From an uncultured Lachnospiraceae bacterium (lineage in GTDB: Bacteria; Bacillota; Clostridia; Oscillospirales; CAG-272), in contig CAZMAF010000001.1 of assembly GCA_964564225.1 (NCBI GenBank), positions 78,980 through 142,132 on the forward strand: 63,153 bases of DNA, in the 5' to 3' direction. The notes under the pieces are model-generated. The model was not told the origin of the DNA, made no database searches, and worked only from the letters and a program-made list of their open reading frames with translations. A program made the translations under genes and the position numbers. Positions 55,228 to 63,153 of this stretch are shown in pieces; the stretch's first letter is position 1; each line of letters opens with the position of its first letter.

Positions 55228-57195
55228 TTAGCGGAGCGCAGGTAATCCCGCGAGTTCCCTTAGCTGATTAAGCTTATTAAGTTGCTTGTCATTCAACTTG
55301 AGTAAACCCAAATAGAAATCAATTGTGCTTTTCTTTGTAGAGTGTAGCAGTCGATGCACATCTTCCAGTATAAGCACAAGATTGTTATAACCATCTTTGC
55401 CACCCATTGCTCTTGGAGTTTTGTGATGACAATGTATTTCCTCTTGACATAAAAAGTCTTTGCCAGTGATGGCACATCTACCTCTTTGTGCCGCAAAGAG
55501 AGAAACACGGTTATCGTTATACTCAATTGAACGGTCACTTACTGGGTATTTGTATAGCTCACCCAGTAACCAAGCGTTCCGAAACATTAGGTTGTCGTGT
55601 TTCCATTTTCGTCCTTCAGGCGTGTATAGATTAACAGCTTTCTTCTTACCTACGGTTGTTCTGTGACTTACATATGCTATCGGTAGAATGTAATGTCCTT
55701 GACATTCCATTATCCGTCTGCATTTTCCGTAATTTTTGTAATCTCCTTGTCTTGGGGTTAAGGAGCATTTCTTCAGAGGTTTAAGCCGATTATACAATGC
55801 CTTGTAAATCGAGTTATGGATTTCTTGACAATCCGTTGTAATATCCGTTGCCATTCGGAAATAGTTATGTATTCCTCTAACCTCGGAGTTATACAACTGA
55901 ATGTTTCTCACGGCTTGTTTTGAGTCACCGCTTCGTTGAATGACTTTGATTTGCTTTTTTAATGCAACTTTAGTGCGCTCAATTGCTTTAGGGCACATAT
56001 GGGACACAATGACATCTTTTTTGCCTTTTCTTTTTGTTCTAATTTCAATTCCCAAGAATTCTCCAGATTTTTTCCGAAGATTTACAATCCGAGTCTTTTC
56101 CATTGAAACATCAAGGTCAAGGCGCTTTTTGAGCCATTCCGCGACTCCATATAGTGTTTTCTCTGCTTCACCCTTTGTAGCACACATTATTCGCACATCG
56201 TCTGCATATCGGATGATGTGCATTTCTTTTAGATTGGTTTTTCGCATTTCCCGAAAAGAGCTTCCTTTGCTGAAAGTTCCATTCGGTGCTACTCCGCCTT
56301 TCCATTTGTACGCAAGTGGATTTTCTCCCCATTGACTTTCCATATGCCAATCCAATTCATTGAGAACGATATTGGCAAGTAACGGTGAGATAATACCGCC
56401 TTGCGGTGTGCCTTTTGTTGGTGTCAAGATAGTACCATCGGGCATTTCGATTTTTGCCTTTAGTATCTTCTTAATTATGCAGATAAGTTGCTTATCCCTA
56501 ATTCCCATCGCCCAAATTTGTCTAATCAGTTTGGTGTGATTGACATTGTCGAAGAATCCTTTTATATCCACTTCAATCATATAATACAGATTCGACCGAT
56601 TGATGTATCGGTAAACCTCATTTATTGCATTTTCCGCAGACCGTAAAGGACGGAATCCAAAACTCCCATCGAAAAACTTTGCTTCACAAATAGGTTCGAG
56701 TATTTGTAGAATACATTGTTGTATCAATCTATCCCATATACACGGAATACCTAAAGGTCGTGTTCTACCGTTGGGTTTTGGTATATCCTTTCTCCGAACA
56801 TTTCTCGGTTGATAGTTACTTAGGATATTTCGCACTCGTTTGCATACTACTTCTGGTTCGAGTTTTTCGATATGTTTAATGTTCAGTCCATCCGTACCAG
56901 GCGTTTTACTTCCCGAATTGCGTTTTATGGAACGGTATGCCATCAAGATATTTGCGTTCGAAGTGATATACTTCATTAGCGTATCAAAGATAACTCCGTT
57001 TTTACTGTCACTATACAGTTTATCTAACAACTCTTGCTGGTCGTAGTATTCAGCATATCGAAGTTTGTTTATTTTCTTCTGCTTAATCTTTTTGGCTATC
57101 TGTACTTCTACAGGTTGCCTTGCTGAAATTTGTTCATCCACTGGTTCATCACCCCCACTGTATGAGGTACCTCTTTTGGGCTTACTCACATCCAA
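55228..57195 (-). CDS. Group II intron reverse transcriptase / maturase / HNH endonuclease
   Basis: 655 aa. RT blocks TPGTDG, RPLGIP, GTPQGGIISPLLANI and IRYADDVRIM. The C-terminal HNH region is CAITGK...HCHHKTPRAMGGKDGYNNLVLILEDVHRLLH. The track start is TTG, so the exact start is uncertain. Confidence 0.9.
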   Translation of the reverse strand: MDVSKPKRGTSYSGGDEPVDEQISARQPVEVQIAKKIKQKKINKLRYAEYYDQQELLDKLYSDSKNGVIFDTLMKYITSNANILMAYRSIKRNSGSKTPGTDGLNIKHIEKLEPEVVCKRVRNILSNYQPRNVRRKDIPKPNGRTRPLGIPCIWDRLIQQCILQILEPICEAKFFDGSFGFRPLRSAENAINEVYRYINRSNLYYMIEVDIKGFFDNVNHTKLIRQIWAMGIRDKQLICIIKKILKAKIEMPDGTILTPTKGTPQGGIISPLLANIVLNELDWHMESQWGENPLAYKWKGGVAPNGTFSKGSSFREMRKTNLKEMHIIRYADDVRIMCATKGEAEKTLYGVAEWLKKRLDLDVSMEKTRIVNLRKKSGEFLGIEIRTKRKGKKDVIVSHMCPKAIERTKVALKKQIKVIQRSGDSKQAVRNIQLYNSEVRGIHNYFRMATDITTDCQEIHNSIYKALYNRLKPLKKCSLTPRQGDYKNYGKCRRIMECQGHYILPIAYVSHRTTVGKKKAVNLYTPEGRKWKHDNLMFRNAWLLGELYKYPVSDRSIEYNDNRVSLFAAQRGRCAITGKDFLCQEEIHCHHKTPRAMGGKDGYNNLVLILEDVHRLLHSTKKSTIDFYLGLLKLNDKQLNKLNQLRELAGLPALR

Positions 57196-57920
57196 TGCTA
57201 AGTGATGTTTAGTGTATATTAGTGTAACGACTTGTGGCCATTCCTCCTACTTCCATTACAGAAGTTATCATTGGTTCGACCACTACTTTTCAGCATTAGT
57301 TCGATAACTTATTATTCTTCGTTTACCTATTCTCGTTTCCGAGAACCTAATACCTTTCCTCGTTCCCTTAATTTTATCTGTACATTTTCTCTTTTAGGTT
57401 TCTGCTATAGGCCTGTCGGATTCATATGCGCCTGCCGCATATAAGGTATTTCATAGACGCAGATTTTTACTTTACCTCACCGACGTCCCTCTATGGGGAA
57501 ACTCCGTGTTTCCACGTATCGCCAGTTTAGACCCGTACTTTCGCAGATTCGTCAGTACATTCCGTACATTCTAACCGTGAGAGATTTATAGACCCCCGAC
57601 ATATCATTTCCCTTGTCTTATACTTTAGATGTTTGGAACGGGCGGGCTCTGGCCACTTTTGTACCAATTCTTACTAATCTATTTCTTTGATTTAGGTACT
57701 CTTTCTGCCGACTTTACCGAGCTTCTGACTATTTAACTTTCGTTATATATAGCCAGTCGGAGTCTTAGGGATAGTCCTTCAAGAGGGTTGCCCAATCCTT
57801 TCGGGATTGGCTCTATCATTTGACTATTCGAATTAAGAGTTCTCCTTAAATAAGCTTGTAGTATATAACTACTTCGACTTCTTTAAGTGCCTTAGCTTTT
57901 CACTAAGGAACGAGTCGCAC

Positions 57921-59949
57921 CACTACCCTGACTTTTATGAATCGTAATCGCATAAGCATGCTCAAGCTCGTCCAGCCGACCAAAATCATATAGACAAACC
58001 CGATCGTCAAAATTAATCTGCATACGCTCGGCACTATAATCAATTGCCTCAATTACACCGATGTCACCGTTAAAAATACCACTGCCGCGCTCATGAAAGC
58101 GTTCCCATTCCAACTCATAATTATTTTTAATCTGCATCACTTTATCTCCCTCGCGGAAAATAAAAGAGCGATATTTCTTTTCTCTTTTTTTACCGTCACG
58201 GTAATTCAAAACAGTCTGAAGTGCGCTGTTAAGTGCCTCCGTTCCGCCAATTCCCTTATGCGAAGGCGTAATCACCTGAATTCCCTCACGAAAATCCGCG
58301 CCATAGGTTTTAGGCAAACGGTTGCGGCAAAGATCGACGATCGTCGGTACAATATCCGCCTCATTTTCTCGCGCAAGATAGAAAAAGTCCCCCTTTTTAT
58401 CGGACAAGATCGGCAATTCCCCATTATTGATAAGATGCGCATTCGTTACAATACGACTTTCCTGCGCCTGACGAAATATCTCATTCAAGCGCACCGAAGC
58501 GAAGCCGTCAAACGATAAGAGATCACAAAGCACGTTACCGGCACCAACCGAAGGAAGTTGATCAGCATCACCGATGATCATAAGGCGAGCGCCGGGCTTG
58601 ATTGCCTTCAGAAGAGCCGCCATCAATAAGGTATCGACCATCGAAGCCTCGTCAACGATAATCACGCTTTCATCAAGCAAATTATGCTCGTTGCGACGGA
58701 ATTTCGTCTTCTCGCCGGCAAGATATTCCATATCAAGAAGACGGTGTATCGTTTTAGCTTCGTGCTGTGTCGCCTCAGACATACGCTTTGCCGCGCGTCC
58801 CGTGGGTGCTGCGAGCGCAATTTTAAAGCCCATTCTTTCATAAATCGCAATCACGGCGCGAATAATCGTCGTTTTACCCGTACCGGGACCGCCTGTCAGA
58901 ATCATAACACCGTTGTTTGCTGCTGAAAGAATTGCCTTTCTCTGCATTTTAGCATAAACCACACCGCTTTGCGCCTCAATCTGCCGTATCATATATTCAA
59001 GATTGTCAATTGACGACTTCTCACAAAGCTTGTCGAGAATCGAAAGCTTCGTTGCAATATACTTTTCCGCCTCATAATATTCGGTAAGATACGTACACCG
59101 CCGCGCCTTTACGTCTATCGTCATCACTTCGCGCGAAACCTCAAGCGATGCAAGCGGCGCTTCCACGCGTTCAATGTCCACCTTCAGCGTATCAGCCGTC
59201 AGCTTCACAAGCTTATCGCGCGGAATATAAGTATGACCGTGATTGATCGCGTTATAAGAAAGCATATACTTAATACCCGAGGATATTCGAAACTCATTGT
59301 CGGACGAAAAACCAATTGAAGAAGCAAAACGGTCGGCAGACTCAAAACCAACACCGTGAATCTGATCGCACAGGATATAGGGATTTCGGTTAATAAGATC
59401 AATCGCGCCCGAACCCCATTTTTTATAGATCTTCATAATAGTCGCAGGACCGAAAAAGTCTCGGCAGAACAACATAATGGATCGGACGCCGAACTGACTT
59501 TTAAAACTTTCGGATATTTCCTGTGCTTTTTTATCGGTGATTCCCTTAATATCGGTCAGCCACTCGGGATGTGACTCAATGACGTTGAAGGTGTCCTCGC
59601 CGAATTGCGCCACAATACGCTTCGCAGTTACCGCGCCAACACCCTTGATCACACCGGAGGAAAGATATTTGATCATTGATTCTGCCGACGACGGCAAGTG
59701 CTTTTCATAATACTCTACCTTAAACTGCTTACCGTAACTCGCATGCGTTTCCCATTTTCCCTTGGCGCGTATGCTTTCACCTGCATTCAGATACGGCATA
59801 ATACCAACAACCGTCACAATCTCTTCGCCAATATCAAGTTCGCAAACGGTATATCCGTTTTGATCATTTGAATAAATAACGTTTTCCACAAGCCCCTCAA
59901 GATACTCACTCTCATCAAACTTGCGTTCAAGAGAATCAAACAAACTCAT
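57921..59949 (-). CDS. recD2: RecD2-type ATP-dependent helicase, 5' exon
   Basis: About 676 codons of RecD2. Walker A is LTGGPGTGKTT, followed by IVDEASM and ending at ...AYAITIHKSQGS. The track ORF then reads 9 codons into the intron before a stop. Confidence 0.9.
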
Positions 59950-60059
59950 ACTTTCCCCTCCTTTCTAAAAAAACACGCGCTCCGTATACGCCGCATAGCC
60001 TTTGAAGCTTTGGCGCATACTCAAAAGCGCGTGTCGCAAATTCATACAATTTAAATCAA

Positions 60060-61247
60060 TTATTCAGCAAAAGCTTCCTTCAAAGACTCTGCAAGATCGA
60101 GTGCTTCCCACGGGCTCGAAAGATCTTCTCTGCCCACGTGACCGTATGCAGCATGAGGCGCAAAGATCGGACGGCGCAAGCCGAAACGCTCAATAATAGC
60201 AGCAGGACGAAGATCGACAAGGCGGTCAACAACCTCAGCGATCGCCTCGCCGCTTACTTTAGACGTACCAAAAGTATCAACCATAAGCGAAACGGGACGC
60301 GCCACACCGATTGCATACGCAACCTGTACTTCGCAACGCTTTGCAAGCCCTGCAGCAACAATATTTTTCGCAATATAACGCGAAGCATAAGCAGCAGAAC
60401 GGTCAACCTTCGTCGGGTCTTTACCGGAAAACGCACCGCCGCCATGACGGGCGTAACCGCCATAAGTATCGACAATAATCTTTCTTCCGGTAAGACCGGA
60501 GTCACCCTGAGGACCGCCAACTACAAAACGACCGGTAGGATTGATATAAATTTTGGTAGCCTCGTCAATCAGCACCGCATCTACCACAGGACGAATAACC
60601 TCTCTTTTAAGATCGGCGGCAATCGTTTCCTGCGATACGTCGGGATCGTGCTGTGTCGAAATAACGATAGTATCAACGCGAACAGGCTTATCTCCATCAT
60701 ATTCCACCGTAACCTGCGTTTTACCGTCAGGCCGGAGATAAGAAAGAATCCCATTCTTTCTGACAACCGTCAAACGCTTAGCAAGATTGTGAGCAAGCTG
60801 AATGGGGAGCGGCATCAGTTCGGAGGTTTCATTACAAGCATAACCAAACATCATACCCTGATCACCTGCACCCGTATCGTAAGCATCGTTCAGCTCATTT
60901 GCCTTCGCCTCAAGCGATTTATCAACACCCATCGCAATATCCGGCGACTGCTTATGAAGCGAAGAAAGAACCGCGCAGGTGTCACAGTCAAAGCCGAACT
61001 TAGCTCGGTTATAACCGATCGAACGCACCGCCTCTCTGACTACCGTTTCATAGTCAACGACGGCGGTCGTGGTGATCTCGCCAAAAATATTAATAATCCC
61101 CGTCGTAGTTGAGGTTTCACACGCAACGCGCGCCATCGGATCCTGTGCAAGAATTGCATCAAGGATTGAGTCGGAAATAATATCGCACATTTTATCGGGA
61201 TGTCCTTCGGTAACCGACTCAGAGGTAAAAAGCTTTTTCATCATCAT
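60060..61247 (-). CDS. metK: S-adenosylmethionine synthetase
   Basis: [26 protein letters not shown] and [16 protein letters not shown]. There are three consecutive ATGs, and the second or third is more likely given the AAGGA position. Confidence 0.95.
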   Translation of the reverse strand: MMMKKLFTSESVTEGHPDKMCDIISDSILDAILAQDPMARVACETSTTTGIINIFGEITTTAVVDYETVVREAVRSIGYNRAKFGFDCDTCAVLSSLHKQSPDIAMGVDKSLEAKANELNDAYDTGAGDQGMMFGYACNETSELMPLPIQLAHNLAKRLTVVRKNGILSYLRPDGKTQVTVEYDGDKPVRVDTIVISTQHDPDVSQETIAADLKREVIRPVVDAVLIDEATKIYINPTGRFVVGGPQGDSGLTGRKIIVDTYGGYARHGGGAFSGKDPTKVDRSAAYASRYIAKNIVAAGLAKRCEVQVAYAIGVARPVSLMVDTFGTSKVSGEAIAEVVDRLVDLRPAAIIERFGLRRPIFAPHAAYGHVGREDLSSPWEALDLAESLKEAFAE

Positions 61248-61280
61248 TTATCCTTTATCTTAAAAATCTTTTTCGTCAGA

Positions 61281-61403
61281 ACAAAACAAAAGCACCCACG
61301 TCATCCGCGGGTGCTTTCTCATCTCCACGGAATTGGCACCTTACGTTTGCAGGTTGCCGTGACTTCATCGGGCTGTGTCCCTCCGCCACTCTTGATAAGA
61401 GCT
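61281..61403 (-). promoter_or_regulatory. SAM-I (S-box) riboswitch with terminator, in the metK leader
   Basis: The minus strand reads CTCTTATCAAGAGTGGCGGAGGGACACAGCCCGATGAAGTCACGGCAACC...GGTGCCAATTCCGTGGAGATGAGA, followed by AAAGCACCC-GCGGATGAC-GTGGGTGCTTTTGTTTT. Confidence 0.9.
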
Positions 61404-61476
61404 TGTACATTTATTATACACGTTTTTTACAACTGTGTCAACTATTTTCACGCTATTTTCAGATTTTTTTAAACAC

Positions 61477-61974
61477 TTACAGCAAAAACGAAAGAAAACT
61501 GACAACGCCATAAGATGCAAGTGTCATAATCACGCCCGCTAAGAGAACACCGATCACAATAGCCAAAAAAGCCTTCCAGAAATTCATTTTCATAAGTGCC
61601 GCAACAAGCGCACCTGTCCACGCACCCGTACCGGGAAGCGGGATCATCACGAAAAGTGTCAATCCCCAAAAACCGTACTTTTCGATTTTCGGGCGATTTT
61701 TTTCCGCCTTTTTCTCAAGCCAAAAGCTGATTCTGCGAAGCCCTTTCACCTTTTTAAGCACTTCAAGAAACCAATTGATCAGGAGCAAAACGAAAATAAT
61801 AGGAAGAAGATTACCGACCACCGAAATCAGATAATTCTGCCACCACGGAATATCGAGCGCCGCGCCGAGAATAATTGAGCCGCGAAGCTCAATAATGGGA
61901 AGCATCGAGCAAAAGAATACAGCTCCCCTTGCTCCCACTACCCTGATAAAAAAATCTTTAATAACCTGTACCAT
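61477..61974 (-). CDS. Small membrane protein (COG2426 small multidrug export-like)
   Basis: 165 aa with 4-5 TM helices. The block LPIIELRGSI...PLPGTGAWTGAL is typical of this family. Confidence 0.6.
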   Translation of the reverse strand: MVQVIKDFFIRVVGARGAVFFCSMLPIIELRGSIILGAALDIPWWQNYLISVVGNLLPIIFVLLLINWFLEVLKKVKGLRRISFWLEKKAEKNRPKIEKYGFWGLTLFVMIPLPGTGAWTGALVAALMKMNFWKAFLAIVIGVLLAGVIMTLASYGVVSFLSFLL

Positions 61975-62010
61975 TCTATTACCTACTTAAAAAGTATATT
62001 TTCAAATCTA

Positions 62011-62688
62011 TTATGCACCAAAATCGACTTGACCGCCAAGAACAATGAAGAAAATAACCAAACTGACCGCCAGAAGAAACAGTGCAAGGAAAACGGTAAG
62101 AAGCGTATTCTTTATAAAATACCTTCCCTTTCCTTCTTTTTTAATCATTCCGGATCGCATCATCACAAGCGAAATCGGCTTATATAGCACCATCACAAGC
62201 GCCGCATTTACCACGCATTTAATTGCGTTAAAAGGCAAAAGCAACATCGGAATAAGCGCCGCTACCTCTTTAACAGATACACCCATATAAAAAGGCGTAA
62301 TCCATACATTAAAAAGCAACATCACCGCCGTCGAAGAAATCGTTGCCATAAAAAGCGCAAAATACGAACCTAAAAGCGTCTTTTGACGTCTGTACAGCAA
62401 CGAGGCAACAAGTGCAAAGGAAGCGGATGACAAAAAGTTCATCACAAATCCGTAAAATCCCGTCGTGCTGTAAAAAATCAATTCCAAAAATGCAGCAGCA
62501 AGCGATATCACAACGCCCGAAACAGGACCGTACACCATCGCCGCAACCGTAATAAAGACATTTTTAATATCAAAGGTCAAAAACTGAACCTTAAAATTTA
62601 CAATATAGATCGAAAGATATGCAATCGCCGTAAAAAGCGAGAGCATCACAAGCATTTTCGTTCTTTCCCGTCTTTTAGAACTGTTCAT
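62011..62688 (-). CDS. ribU: ECF-transporter S component, riboflavin-specific (RibU-like)
   Basis: Start MNSSKRRERTK at 62686-62688. A 6-TM S-component-like profile, and the gene is directly preceded by an FMN riboswitch. Confidence 0.75.
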   Translation of the reverse strand: MNSSKRRERTKMLVMLSLFTAIAYLSIYIVNFKVQFLTFDIKNVFITVAAMVYGPVSGVVISLAAAFLELIFYSTTGFYGFVMNFLSSASFALVASLLYRRQKTLLGSYFALFMATISSTAVMLLFNVWITPFYMGVSVKEVAALIPMLLLPFNAIKCVVNAALVMVLYKPISLVMMRSGMIKKEGKGRYFIKNTLLTVFLALFLLAVSLVIFFIVLGGQVDFGA

Positions 62689-62714
62689 ATTAATACCTAA
62701 ATCGGAGGTATAAA

Positions 62715-62890
62715 AAATCCCCACTACCGTGGGGAAACACTTTTGCCATAAAAGCAAATCTTTTCTCATCCGGACTTTACCGTCGGTACAGGATTTTCAC
62801 CTATTCAGCATTGCCCAAAGCAACACTCACGGACTTGGCGTATACGCCTTACCGTCGGTGTGGAATTTCACCAACCCCCAAAGATCTTTC
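62715..62890 (-). promoter_or_regulatory. FMN riboswitch (RFN element) with terminator
   Basis: The minus strand reads GGGGTTGGTGAAATTCCACACCGACGGT...AGTCCGTGA...GGTGAAAATCCTGTACCGACGGTAAAGTCCGGATGAGAAAAG, followed by the hairpin CCCCACGGTAGTGGGG and a T run. Confidence 0.85.
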
Positions 62891-62953
62891 TGATTAAAAT
62901 TAAATCACAAAATAAAAAACCGCGCAAACAGCACGGCACAATAAAAAGGTTTC

Positions 62954-62987
62954 CCTTTCACTATCGGGAAAACCCGATAGTGAAAGG
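62954..62987 (-). terminator. Terminator of tuf
   Basis: CCTTTCACTATCGGG-AAAA-CCCGATAGTGAAAGG. Confidence 0.75.
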
Positions 62988-63028
62988 AATAAAACATTCG
63001 CTGTTTGTTATAAACCGATCAGACGCAC

Positions 63029-63153
63029 TTATGCCTTGATTTCGATAACAACGCCGGAACCAACGGTTCTGCCACCTTCACGGATAGCAAAACGAAGACC
63101 CTTTTCGATAGCGATAGGCGTGATAAGCTCAACGTCCATATCTACGTTATCGC
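63029..63153 (-). CDS. tuf: Elongation factor Tu, C-terminal 40 codons (gene runs off the right edge)
   Basis: The reverse-strand translation ...[40 protein letters not shown]-stop is the canonical EF-Tu C-terminus. Confidence 0.9.
   Translation of the reverse strand, partial: DNVDMDVELITPIAIEKGLRFAIREGGRTVGSGVVIEIKA

Larger units (their letters stand above)
54723..57920 (-). mobile_element. Group II intron (3198 nt) interrupting recD2
   Basis: The 5' end is GTGCGAC (57914-57920 on the minus strand). The internal ORF has RT (YADD), maturase and HNH domains. A canonical 34-nt domain V, ACGCCGUGUGCGGUGAAAGUCGCACGCACGGUGU, lies at 55114-55147. The 3' end ...GGTAT is inferred from exact restoration of the KSQGS-E-YPIVIMPLY frame. 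Confidence 0.85.

Noticed and set aside
57892-57920. The last 9 codons (GATRSLVKS) of the 685-aa RecD2 ORF
   Set aside because: They are read-through into the group II intron 5' end (GTGCGAC...) and are not part of the helicase.

Overview
This 63-kb window comes from a spore-forming Firmicute, probably Clostridia-like, judging from spoVFA/spoVFB, GGAGG ribosome-binding sites and many consensus TTGACA-17-TATAAT promoters. Most genes are housekeeping genes on the minus strand: pgm, htpG, a 4-subunit 2-oxoacid:ferredoxin oxidoreductase operon, glpK, lysC, mgtE, pepF, mutY, comFC, recD2, metK, ribU and tuf. The window is centred on a complete, compact type II-C CRISPR-Cas9 locus. It has cas9 (1094 aa), cas1 and cas2 on the minus strand. 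The array has 24 full 36-nt repeats and reads in crRNA sense on the plus strand, antisense to the cas operon. Each repeat carries an extended -10 promoter. A tracrRNA with a perfect sigma-A promoter sits at the cas-distal end of the array, next to a truncated repeat. Other items worth a second look: (1) recD2 is split by a 3.2-kb group II intron (RT/maturase/HNH) whose 3' part carries an antisense mini-gene for a 59-aa two-TM peptide with its own promoter and terminator. (2) A tight 5-gene operon (CbbX/SpoVK-like AAA+ ATPase, two YbjN-like paralogs, an SPFH protein with four tandem zinc ribbons, a zinc-ribbon membrane protein) sits behind a promoter with tandem palindromic operator-like repeats. 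(3) There is an orphan tandem-TIR protein. (4) An in-frame TAA lies inside the TPP motif of the oxidoreductase beta subunit. (5) There is an intergenic (AG)12 microsatellite. Recognisable RNA elements are tRNA-Ser(GCU), a SAM-I riboswitch before metK and an FMN riboswitch before ribU. All calls come from reading the sequence and ORF translations by eye; no database search was possible.
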